Origin: a virus
Lineage: Duplodnaviria > Caudoviricetes
Strand: one strand, 5' to 3'
IMG/VR virus record: IMGVR_UViG_3300025654_000007
Span: 6,926-70,925 of that record
Length of the DNA: 64,000 bases
Part shown: in pieces, positions 8,652 through 18,900 of the stretch
Layout of the letters: the number at the start of each line of letters is the position of its first letter
How positions within the stretch are numbered: position 1 is the first letter of the stretch
Notes under the pieces: model-generated
The model's input: only the letters and a program-made list of their open reading frames with translations
Told to the model about the DNA's origin: nothing
Databases searched by the model: none
Program-made: the position numbers and the translations under genes

Positions 8652-9534
8652 ACTATCTGATAATTTTGTTGGTGGTAACTTTGTATGGTTCACTGGTGTC
8701 GTTGAGGACGTTAATGATCCAGAGATGTTAGGACGAGTTAGAGCTCGGTGCTTTGGTTTTCATGATTCTAATAAGGGTTTAGTTGCGACTGAATCTTTAC
8801 CATGGTCTACTGTAATGGGACCAACAAACTCTGCTCACGTTTCTGGTATCGGCAGTACAGTTCATGGTTTAGTACAAGGAACATGGGTTGTTGGTTTCTT
8901 TAGAGATGGACCTTCAGCTCAAGACCCTGTTATAATGGGTACTATTGGATCTACATACGATAAAGCACCAAGCAGCATATCTGGTTTCTCAGATCCAGAT
9001 GAACAGTATCCAACTAAGCAACAAGGCGACGAAGGATATATTGATACTAACGCGTTATCACGCGGTGTGAATACCGTATCAAGAACTGTAGATACTACAA
9101 TCAACGAACCTGAAAGCGCATTTGCTGCTAGCTATCCTCATAATAAAGTTACTGAAACGACAAGCGGCCATTTAATTGAGATAGATGATACGCCAGGAGC
9201 TGAACGAATTAGAGTTCGTCATACTTCTGGTACATTTGTTGAGATCCATCCCAATGGTGACCTGGTATCTTCAGCGTCTAACCGCTACACAGTAACCCAA
9301 GGTAATGATTCTATACACGTAACGGGTACAGTAAATATATTCGTAGATGGTACTACAAACCTTACCTGTCCGACTACTAACGTTAACGGTGACGTAAACA
9401 TAACAGGCGATTTGACCATAAGTGGTACATCAACGGCGCAAGGTGATCATATCTCAGCCGGTATCTCAGGTAAAGGTCATACACATACTGATACTCCTGG
9501 AATTGGCGCTGGTACTACTAGCCCACCTAAATAA
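8644..9534 (+). CDS. gp5: Baseplate central spike, gp5 OB-fold without lysozyme domain (start probably ATG 8644)
   Basis: FVWFTGVVEDVNDPEMLGRVRARCFG, WVVGFFRDG, YPHNKVTETTSGHLIEIDDTPGAERI; C-terminal GHTH. Confidence 0.92.
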   Translation: MNRLSDNFVGGNFVWFTGVVEDVNDPEMLGRVRARCFGFHDSNKGLVATESLPWSTVMGPTNSAHVSGIGSTVHGLVQGTWVVGFFRDGPSAQDPVIMGTIGSTYDKAPSSISGFSDPDEQYPTKQQGDEGYIDTNALSRGVNTVSRTVDTTINEPESAFAASYPHNKVTETTSGHLIEIDDTPGAERIRVRHTSGTFVEIHPNGDLVSSASNRYTVTQGNDSIHVTGTVNIFVDGTTNLTCPTTNVNGDVNITGDLTISGTSTAQGDHISAGISGKGHTHTDTPGIGAGTTSPPK

Positions 9535-9543
9535 AGGATAAAC

Positions 9544-9834
9544 ATGACTTCTACATTTATACCAAACGCGTCAGACGAGACAATTGACATTGATCCTAAC
9601 AATAGTTACAGTTTAGGAGTTGCCGGTCTTAAGGTCAATAGTGCTCAATCTTCGACTGACGAAGACGGCAAGATACAACTTGGAACATATTCAATTGAAC
9701 TTGATACTACATCATTCGTTATTAAACAATCGAGCGTTGAAGTATTCAGAATTACAAGCGATGGCAATCTCACAGTATTAGGAACAGGTCCTGATAGTGA
9801 GCTTGCAGCAGAAATAGATGGTGGTACATACTAA
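9544..9834 (+). CDS. Small baseplate-associated protein
   Basis: AAGGA SD; beta-rich; ends EIDGGTY like other virion adaptor proteins. Confidence 0.65.
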   Translation: MTSTFIPNASDETIDIDPNNSYSLGVAGLKVNSAQSSTDEDGKIQLGTYSIELDTTSFVIKQSSVEVFRITSDGNLTVLGTGPDSELAAEIDGGTY

Positions 9835-9850
9835 CCACCCCCAGGAAGGT

Positions 9851-9858
9851 TATAAATA
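9851..9858 (+). promoter_or_regulatory. Late promoter for gp25
   Basis: TATAAATA 5 nt before ATG 9864. Confidence 0.85.
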
Positions 9859-9863
9859 CTAAT

Positions 9864-10301
9864 ATGAGTTATACAAAGAATCTATCAGACAAAACAGGCG
9901 TTGTATCTACTACAGCTCGAAGTAAGCCGTACTCAGATCTCAATCTGAAACTGACACTACATCCAGTTCGTAAAGATATAATGTCGTTAAAAGACGATGC
10001 CGCGATCAAAAATTCAGTTAAAAATCTTCTTTTGACAAACTTCTTTGAAAGGCCGTTCCAACCTGACCTTGGAGCTAATTTAAGAGCTTTACTATTCGAG
10101 CCAGCCGATGTTATTACTCGAGTAGCTTTACGTGATACTATAAAGAACGTGCTAAACGAAAGAGAACCTAGAATATCAGATGTGACCGTTTTAGTTGAAA
10201 ATGAAGATGCTAAAAACGCATACAGAGTCACAGTAGGTTTTAATATAAAACAGATTGAAAAAACAGAAACAGTTGAAATTATACTTAAAAGGCTAAGATA
10301 A
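9864..10301 (+). CDS. gp25: Baseplate wedge / sheath initiator
   Basis: YSDLNL, IKNSVKNLLLTNFFERPFQPDLG, EPRI motifs. Confidence 0.95.
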   Translation: MSYTKNLSDKTGVVSTTARSKPYSDLNLKLTLHPVRKDIMSLKDDAAIKNSVKNLLLTNFFERPFQPDLGANLRALLFEPADVITRVALRDTIKNVLNEREPRISDVTVLVENEDAKNAYRVTVGFNIKQIEKTETVEIILKRLR

Positions 10302-10303
10302 CA

Positions 10304-12142
10304 ATGGCAAACCTAAACGTAACCGAATTAGATTTTGAACAGATCAAGGCTAATTTAAAAAACTATCTTAAAACTCAAAGTGAGTTTAATGATTATGATT
10401 TAGAGGGCTCTGGTATGAGTATTCTTCTAGATGTGTTATCATATAATACTCACTATAACGCTATGGCGGCTCACTATGCTTTGAATGAGGCATTTCTAGA
10501 TTCAGCACAACTTAGAGGTAATGTTGTGTCGCGAGCAAACATGCTAGGTTATACACCTAGATCTAGGCTTGCCTCGCGTGCTGTTGTTGATATTACTGTT
10601 GATGGAAGTGAGATAGCTAGCCCAGTTCCTATTTTAGAGTTACAACGAGGAACTAAGTTAATATCTACTGTTGACGGCGAAGAATATAACTTTGTAGTTT
10701 TAGAATCACAAAGCATTGCATACAATGAAACATTACAAACTTATAACTTTACAAACGTTACTATATCTCAAGGCTCTTATCGTACTGCGTTATTTAGAGT
10801 AGACAATGATATCGAAAATCAAAAATTCCAGTTAGGTGATTCTGAGGCTGACACTACTTCGTTACGAGTACGAGTTCAGCTTAACCAAGAATCATCGGCT
10901 TATGACATATACACACAATTTGAAACGTTAAATACACTTGATTCAACGAGTCAGGTTTATTTCTTACAAGAAAATGCTAGTAGTTTCTATGAAGTTTATT
11001 TCGGTGATGGTGTTATTGGTAAGAGACCATCTGATAATAATATAGTAACATTAGATTATGTTATTACAGATGCAGAAGAAGCTAATGGCGCATCTATATT
11101 TACATTGTCTGATACTATTAACGGATATGACGTTGCTGCTGTTTCGACAGTACAATCGTCTGGTGGTGGTGTAGCTCAAGAAACAACGGAATCAGTTAGA
11201 TACAATGCACCATTAACATTCATTACGCAGAATAGAGCAGTAACAGCTGATGACTATCGTGCTATTATTGGTAAATCTTTCTCTAATATTGAATCTATCT
11301 CTACATGGGGTGGAGAAGACAATGATGTTCCTGATTTTGGGTCAGTCTTCATTAGTGTTAAACCTGTCAATGGTGATGTATTAACAATTGATGAGAAGTC
11401 GCAAATAAAGGATATTTTAAAAGGAAAGAATGTAGTATCAATAACTCCTACTCTCGTTGATGCTGATTTTACTAAAATTGAGTTAGATGTCTTGTTTAAA
11501 TACAATTCTAACTTAACTGATAGATCTCCGGTTGAAATGTCATCTCTAGTAAAAGACGTAATTCAGGAATACAACTTTAATAACTTAAACAAGTTTGATG
11601 GAGTATTTAGACATTCTGAGCTCATTACTCAAATTGGAGAATCTGATACCTCTATTACTAGTGCTACTATTCGTCCATTCATGTTTAAAGATATAACTCC
11701 AAATGTTGGAACAAATAACTTTGATCTTAAGTTTGCTGGTTCTATTTTTGATCAAGGTGGTAATGTTTTCCACGTGTCAAGTACTCCTTTCCTAATTAAT
11801 GGAGTTGAACACTACTTTGGTGATAAAGCAGTATCAAATGATGCAACTAAGCGGACAGTTATAATATATAAAGTAGAATCTAATAATAATGTCACTGTTA
11901 TTAATGACGCAGGACTTATTGATCTAAGTGAAGGTATTGTAACACTCAATAACTTTATACCAGATAATGCTGATAATATACGTATTACTGTTACTCCTGA
12001 TTCATTAGATATTGCACCAAAACGTGAAGCTTTGTTGTCAATTGATTCTTCTAGAATCTTCGTAACTGGTCAAGTGGATAAGATCGCTCTGGTTGGTGCA
12101 TCTGGTACGATTGACTATACAACAAACTCGAGAATGAGATAA
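10304..12142 (+). CDS. gp6: Baseplate wedge subunit
   Basis: LDFEQIKANLKNYL, LLDVLSYNTHYN, QNRAVTADDY motifs. Confidence 0.96.
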   Translation: MANLNVTELDFEQIKANLKNYLKTQSEFNDYDLEGSGMSILLDVLSYNTHYNAMAAHYALNEAFLDSAQLRGNVVSRANMLGYTPRSRLASRAVVDITVDGSEIASPVPILELQRGTKLISTVDGEEYNFVVLESQSIAYNETLQTYNFTNVTISQGSYRTALFRVDNDIENQKFQLGDSEADTTSLRVRVQLNQESSAYDIYTQFETLNTLDSTSQVYFLQENASSFYEVYFGDGVIGKRPSDNNIVTLDYVITDAEEANGASIFTLSDTINGYDVAAVSTVQSSGGGVAQETTESVRYNAPLTFITQNRAVTADDYRAIIGKSFSNIESISTWGGEDNDVPDFGSVFISVKPVNGDVLTIDEKSQIKDILKGKNVVSITPTLVDADFTKIELDVLFKYNSNLTDRSPVEMSSLVKDVIQEYNFNNLNKFDGVFRHSELITQIGESDTSITSATIRPFMFKDITPNVGTNNFDLKFAGSIFDQGGNVFHVSSTPFLINGVEHYFGDKAVSNDATKRTVIIYKVESNNNVTVINDAGLIDLSEGIVTLNNFIPDNADNIRITVTPDSLDIAPKREALLSIDSSRIFVTGQVDKIALVGASGTIDYTTNSRMR

Positions 12143-12143
12143 T

Positions 12144-14558
12144 ATGTCAGACGATAAATTTACTAAAGGTTATATCGAAACGGGTGCTAGCACTCGACGT
12201 CGATCTAAGGAAGATATACGAGTACAGGAGCTAATACCATCACAAATACTGCAAGATGCAAGTGATGATGGTCCTACTTCTCGAGGTATTGAAACTCTTC
12301 TAGATGCGTACTATAGGTTTATGAATCTTGATGAATTCACATTCTTGCAAGATGAGACATACACTGCTTTAGTATTAGACGATAACACTGCTAACTTTAG
12401 AATTTCTGATCCTGAACTAAACAATGACAAATTCTTTAGTGAAAGTCAGGTCGATGAACAAACTATAATTGATCAGAATGGTTCTGTTGTAGTTTCTACT
12501 CTTATGGTTTGGTCTAACGGTAATAATATACCTAAACTTTTAGAAGATGGGTTTAATAAAGGTAAATCTCTAACCTTATATGGTATATCATCATCACTAG
12601 TTGGCAAAATAATAACGCTTACAACTCAAACTATAAACTATCGCAAAGAAGGTCCATCATCAGTTCTCAACACTATCAATGATGCTTTGAACATTGATAA
12701 AGCAGATGAAGATTTCTTAGATATGATGCAAAAAGAAATCGCAGCTCATATTCCTAAGAATCTAACAGCAAACAAACGAAACTTATATAAGAAGATTATT
12801 GAGTACTATAAAATTCGTGGCTCTTCTGATTCAGTTCAGACATTCTTTAGGTTACTATACAATGATGAAGTAGAAGTTGAATATCCATATGAGTCTACTT
12901 TAATTCCGTCTTCTGGTAATTATGATGAATCTCAGGATTTATACTTAGACACTAAAGGCTTTTTGTCAGATAATATTAAACTACATGATTCATATTTTTA
13001 TCAGAAGTTTTCGTATGTTATTAAGACTGGTCGAAACATTGAAGAGTGGGAAGATATATTTACGCGCTTAGTTCATCCAGCTGGATTTATATTCTTTGGA
13101 GAGATCTTAATAGTAACTCAACTAGTACGTAACATATTAGGAGACAACATTAGAGATGACAATGGTCTGTATCCGCGGACTAATAGATTAACATTGTCAT
13201 CTATGCCAGGAACACAGCCAGGATTAATTGGTATTGAAGATCTTGCGTTAATCATAGAGCTTCTTGCTCCTACATTTGGCCGAGCTATAACTGCAAAAAA
13301 CACACCATCAAATACAGTTGGTGCAATTAATCCAGTAGACTTATCTGTTACTATGACAATAGGCAATATAGCTATTGACGATGGTGGAGCTGGTCTTACT
13401 GCAGTTGGCAGCATAGATTCAAGATCAGAAGATTTCTTAACTGACACGTATCCAGCAATTCAAGGAGTAACAAGTGTTAGTACAAAACCAATTGATACTT
13501 CTTGGGGTGCAACAAATATAGTAAATGGTTACTTCTCTGGTTTCATATACTACCCATATAGCGATGTTGCTCAGATTATTATAGCTGATACGTTGCTAGA
13601 TACTAATAGCAAATATGATAATGAAACGTATGTTGCTCCAGATGTGCCTAAACTTGGTTTCGATTATCTTTCGATTTCTGTTAATGGTGTTGAAACTATA
13701 ATAACAACGAATGAATTAACTAAATCGATAAAGCCGTATGTTACTTATATTCATAATAGCACTGATACCATATTCGAAATCGACACACTAAACCCACAGG
13801 AATCTCTTGTAGCTTATCCTGGTATATCAAATGATGTGATACTTGAATTAGCAGTTGGTGCACTTCCAACAATAAGCAGCGGAGATACTGTAGTTATAAA
13901 GGTTGGAGGCTATGGTGAGTTTTCTAAGAACACAGCAAAGTATAGAGCTAATCCCCATTATCGTGTATCCGCACCCTTACAAGGCGGTCAGCAAGCTACA
14001 ATAAGAACAATAATGGCCGCAACTTCAATTGCACAAATTGATGTTAAAGTACCAGGCGGACCTAGAGCGACATATTCAACTCCACCTGTAGTAACAATTG
14101 GTGGACCGCAGGTTGGCTCAAATGGAGCAATAGCAACTTCAGTACTCGATTCTAATGGTCATGTTACAGGCATAACGCTAGAGTCAGGCGGTGCAGGATA
14201 TCAAGAATTGCCAACTGTATCCATAGCAGGCGAAACAGACATTACGTTTACTCCATTCTTTGTTCCAACATCGGTAGAATATGCATATTTTGACAACTCT
14301 GGTACTGAGTACTACTCTGAACCAAATATTAGACGTCTAACGTCATACAGAGATGAAGTTTTAGCATATGGTGATTCTGTCGTCAAAACATTTGTACATG
14401 GCAGCAACATAGATTATCACAACAGAAAGGGTGACTCGATTCGCAATAGACCATACAATATGAATATTCCAATTCATCAAATTGGTGATATATTAATTGA
14501 AAACTTCGGGTCGGACGATATAAATAATATAAACACAAATACATTTATCACAATATAA
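12144..14558 (+). CDS. gp7: Baseplate wedge initiator (gp7-like)
   Basis: YKIRGSSDSVQTFFRLLY, YFYQKFSYVIK, RLVHPAGF; between gp6 and gp8. Confidence 0.8.
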   Translation: MSDDKFTKGYIETGASTRRRSKEDIRVQELIPSQILQDASDDGPTSRGIETLLDAYYRFMNLDEFTFLQDETYTALVLDDNTANFRISDPELNNDKFFSESQVDEQTIIDQNGSVVVSTLMVWSNGNNIPKLLEDGFNKGKSLTLYGISSSLVGKIITLTTQTINYRKEGPSSVLNTINDALNIDKADEDFLDMMQKEIAAHIPKNLTANKRNLYKKIIEYYKIRGSSDSVQTFFRLLYNDEVEVEYPYESTLIPSSGNYDESQDLYLDTKGFLSDNIKLHDSYFYQKFSYVIKTGRNIEEWEDIFTRLVHPAGFIFFGEILIVTQLVRNILGDNIRDDNGLYPRTNRLTLSSMPGTQPGLIGIEDLALIIELLAPTFGRAITAKNTPSNTVGAINPVDLSVTMTIGNIAIDDGGAGLTAVGSIDSRSEDFLTDTYPAIQGVTSVSTKPIDTSWGATNIVNGYFSGFIYYPYSDVAQIIIADTLLDTNSKYDNETYVAPDVPKLGFDYLSISVNGVETIITTNELTKSIKPYVTYIHNSTDTIFEIDTLNPQESLVAYPGISNDVILELAVGALPTISSGDTVVIKVGGYGEFSKNTAKYRANPHYRVSAPLQGGQQATIRTIMAATSIAQIDVKVPGGPRATYSTPPVVTIGGPQVGSNGAIATSVLDSNGHVTGITLESGGAGYQELPTVSIAGETDITFTPFFVPTSVEYAYFDNSGTEYYSEPNIRRLTSYRDEVLAYGDSVVKTFVHGSNIDYHNRKGDSIRNRPYNMNIPIHQIGDILIENFGSDDINNINTNTFITI
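14519..14526 (+). promoter_or_regulatory. Late promoter for gp8 (inside the gp7 3' end)
   Basis: TATAAATA 57 nt before ATG 14583. Confidence 0.65.
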
Positions 14559-14582
14559 TAGTTCTTATTAAAGGAAATCACC

Positions 14583-15938
14583 ATGGCAGCAATAGTAACT
14601 TCAAACTTCAGATTTCTGAATGCTGAGAATTTCAAATCTGATATATCAGCAAACAACATGTATATCGGAATAGGCAAAACTGATGCCTGGTCTGATTCAA
14701 CGTCAGATGTAACTGATAGCGCTCCTCCAGTACCTCGTGATACAATTGACGAGATTAACGAAGCGTATGAACAGCTTGTAGGTATAACTAAAGTTGCAGG
14801 TGGTTCTGTTTCTAATGTAGTTCCTCGTCATAACTGGACGGCTGGTTCAACATATGTTCCTTGGGATTCAAGTGATAGCTTGATATACGATAGAGTTTTC
14901 TATGTAATCACTTCAGAATTTAAAATATACAAGTTAGTTGGTGTATCATCAACAGCGACTACTAGTACTATTCAACCAACACATACTGATGCTTCTCCTT
15001 CGTCTGATTCAGACGGCTATAACTGGAAGTATATGTATACGTTAGGTACTACCGACGTTACTAACTTTTTAACTACTTCTTATATGCCGGTCAAGACATT
15101 AGATATATCAACCACAGCAGCAAGTCAAGGTCTAGATGCGTTTGATACTGCACAGCATGGAGCGCAAGACGCTTCTGGCGCTTTGGCTGGAGCTCAAGGC
15201 GTTCAGCATATTAAGGTTACTGAAGTTGGTTCTGGTTATACTTCAGCTACGATTGGTATTACTGGAGATGGAACTGGAGCAACAGCCACCGCTAATATCG
15301 TAGGTGGACAAATAACAAGTATTACTGTTAATACGATTGGTGCTAACTATACTCAAACTGATGTAGTTATTACAGGTGATGGTACCGGCGCTGAAGCCGT
15401 TGCGATTATCGAACCTGGTGCTGGTCACGGTACTGACCCAGTTAAAGAACTCGGTGGTTTCTTTGTATCTCTACGTGCTGTTCTAGATGGAGCTTCTGGC
15501 GACATTACTGTTGCTAATGATTTTAGACAGATTTGTTTAATTAAGAATCCAACCTTTAGTAGTTCATTGATTACTGCTGATACTGTTCAAACTTTAAAGG
15601 CTGTTAGTTACTCTGGTAACGCTCCTTCAGGTACCTTTGTAAAAGATGAGGTACTTACAGGTGGAACAAGTGGAGCTCAAGCGTTCATCGCTTATGTTGA
15701 TACTCCAGGTGGTCTTATATACTATACACAAAATGATAAAACTGGTTACGAAGAATTCGATGCATCTGAAACAGTAACATCAACTGGCGGTGCAACGGTC
15801 GGATTGATTAGTGTATCACATGCGATTGCTCCTAGTTTTGATGATAATTCTGGAAAAATGATATTCTTAGAAAACAGAGATCCGATCAGTCGATCAGCAT
15901 CACAGATTGAAGACATTAAGCTAATTATTGAATTCTAG
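14583..15938 (+). CDS. gp8: Baseplate wedge subunit
   Basis: MAAIVTSNFRFLNAENF, DGYNWKYMY, NDFRQICLIKNP, ends EDIKLIIEF. Confidence 0.92.
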   Translation: MAAIVTSNFRFLNAENFKSDISANNMYIGIGKTDAWSDSTSDVTDSAPPVPRDTIDEINEAYEQLVGITKVAGGSVSNVVPRHNWTAGSTYVPWDSSDSLIYDRVFYVITSEFKIYKLVGVSSTATTSTIQPTHTDASPSSDSDGYNWKYMYTLGTTDVTNFLTTSYMPVKTLDISTTAASQGLDAFDTAQHGAQDASGALAGAQGVQHIKVTEVGSGYTSATIGITGDGTGATATANIVGGQITSITVNTIGANYTQTDVVITGDGTGAEAVAIIEPGAGHGTDPVKELGGFFVSLRAVLDGASGDITVANDFRQICLIKNPTFSSSLITADTVQTLKAVSYSGNAPSGTFVKDEVLTGGTSGAQAFIAYVDTPGGLIYYTQNDKTGYEEFDASETVTSTGGATVGLISVSHAIAPSFDDNSGKMIFLENRDPISRSASQIEDIKLIIEF

Positions 15939-15945
15939 GAGCTGT

Positions 15946-15953
15946 TATAAATA
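15946..15953 (+). promoter_or_regulatory. Late promoter
   Basis: TATAAATA intergenic before ATG 15993. Confidence 0.85.
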
Positions 15954-15992
15954 ATAACATAGATATTCAATAACCCATTTTAGAGAGACAAA

Positions 15993-18900
15993 ATGAGTAT
16001 AACTAAAGTAAAAAATTACAATATTAGCCCATACTATGACGACTTTGATGAAACTGATAACTATCATCGAATCTTGTTTCGTCCTGGTAAATCAGTTCAG
16101 GTTAGAGAACTTACGCAAATGCAAACTGCATTGCAATCTCAGATCGACCGATTTGGTCAATATAACTTTAATGATGGTTCTAGAGTTGTTGCCGGTAAGG
16201 TTTCAATTAACACATCATATGATTATATTAAGGTTGAAGCGGCAGCTAATTCATATTTAAGTGAATTTGTTGGTACTACTGTTACAGGTGGAACTAATGG
16301 AGTTAGTGCTTTAGTATTACATGTAGTCCAATCTGAAAATTCAGATGCTGATACATTATTTGTACAATACACGAGCTCAGGTACTTCAAATACTCAAAAG
16401 GTATTTATTGCGGGCGAAGTATTAACAAGCGATGATGCTGAAACTCCACGTACTGCTACAGTTGGCGGCGCTGGTGGATCTACAATAGCTGATCCTATTG
16501 GGCAAGGTAGTTTAGCCTCTATTGAAGAAGGTATCTACTTCATATCTGGTACTTTCGTTTATGTTCCTCAATCTACTTTAGTCTTAGATAAGTATTCAAA
16601 TACTCCAAGCTATATCGTTGGTCTTCAGGTTACTGAGTCTCTAGTATCTTCAGCAGAAGATACCAACCTACTTGATAACGCAGCCGGAGTTCCTAACTCT
16701 GCAGCTCCTGGTGCAAATAGATATAAGATTGAAACTTCGCTAATAAAGGAATCTTTAGATCTTACTGCACGTACTGTTAATGACTATGTAGTGTTACTCA
16801 GAATTAATTCTGGTATCATTCAGTCGCAAGTAACTGAAAAAATAGATACTGAACTTACTGATCGTTTAGCCAGACGTACATTCGAAGAGTCAGGTGATTA
16901 TGTAGTTAGACCATATGTTTTAGATATGCGTGAGCATTTAAACAACGAAGCCGGAAATGGTGGTTATTTAACCGCTGCGGAAGGTGGAGATGTTCTAAAG
17001 ATTGCTATTGGAGTTGAGCCTTCTGTTGCATACGTAAAAGGTTTTAGGGTTGAAAATTTAGCTACTCGTTATGTTGAAGTCGATAAGACTCGTAGTAGTG
17101 AAGACCAAAAAACAACAAACGGTGTCGTAAGTTCTACTGGCTTTGGTAACTATGTTAAACTTACAGGTGTTAGTGGTACTCCTGATATTGATAACTATAC
17201 AGTCATTAATTTAGAAGACGTAGGTAACGCTGTTATAGGTACATGTCGAGCTCGTGGTTTTGAAATCACAGGCGGCGAGTATCGCATGTATATCTTTGAC
17301 TTATCTATGAATGCAGGAAAAACCTTTTCTCAAGTTCATGAATTTGTGCAGTCTTCTACTGGTTTCGACGGTAACTTCCTTGGTGGTAATGTTACGTTAT
17401 ACGAAACAGGCGAAAATACATTAGTTTATAAACTACCAGCTGATGCCATTCAAACGCTAAAAACAGGTGCTAATCATACTGCAGATTACATTGCGCGTGT
17501 TCGAATTCAATCTACTGGTAACATCACAGCTAATCAAGCTACCTTTAATATGCCAGCAGGAACAACTTTAGCTAATAATGATGATGTCATTATTGTTGAT
17601 GACAATGGAGCTACGGTACCAGTTGAAATGGCTGATTCGAATGTAGCAGGCGTTGGTTCATCTACAGTCACTGTTAGTGGTATTACATCAAATGGTAGTG
17701 GTTTAGCCCAAGGCATATTTAATGTTCAAGTTACTAATGGTTCTGCAAAATCTAAGGTGTTGCAATCAGATGTAGCTGATGTTATTACTTACGTTGGTGG
17801 TACTCAGACTTACGCATTAAGCGAAGTTGATATTGTATCGTTAACGTCGATTGTAGATTCACAAGGCACTGATGTTACTGATAAGTTCATATTAGACAAT
17901 GGTCAACGTTCAAACTTTTACACTAACGGTGCAGTTACTCTTAAAGGTGGTCAAACATTACCAGCTGGTACCTTCACTGTAACATATAATGCATTTCAAC
18001 ATTCGGCAGCAGGTGGTGATTATTTCTCAGTTGATTCATATCCAGCCTTTGAAGATATTCCACAGTTTGGTGGATTAGAACTTCGTGATTGCATCGACTT
18101 TAGACCTACTAAGGCACGAAGCGGAGCAACTGTAGGTAGTGAATTCTCTACTGGTACTGGTACATCTTCGGCTAATGCAATTCAGCCAGTTGGAACAGTT
18201 TCTACAGATATTACATTCTACTTATCTCGAATTGATAAACTTGCATTGACCACGAGCGGTGAGTTTAAAATTGTTAAAGGTATCTCAGATGTTAATCCTA
18301 GAGAGCCAGAGAATATACAAGATTCGATTACACTATATACAATTAGAGTTAACCCATACGTATTTAATGAGACAGATATTCTTCCTAAAATGGTAGATAA
18401 TCGTAGATACTCAATGAACGATATCGGTAAACTAGAGAAAAGAATTAACACTCTTGAATATTACACTTCGTTATCTTTATTAGAAAAGTCAGCATCAGAA
18501 GCGCAAATCTTTGATAGTGCTACAGGTGATATGCGTTTTAAGAATGGTTTTATCACTGATGCATTCTATGGTCATAACGTTGGTAATTCTGCTAATGAAG
18601 ATTACGCTGTTTCAGTTGATAAAAGTAATGGTATTCTTCGTCCAATGTTTGACGAGCGATCGGTTAACCTAGTACGTAAAGTTGGAGATACTGGTACGTG
18701 TACTAAACATGCTGGAGGTATAGTAACATTACCAATCACTGCTAATGTTTCTGAAGTTAACCAACCATATTCAACATATGCTCAATTAGTTAATCCATAT
18801 TCTGTTGCTGTATGGGAAGGTACTATTAAGCTTTCCCCTGAATCAGACGAATGGAAAGAAGTCGAACGTCGTCCAGATGTTATTATCGACGATAATGGCA

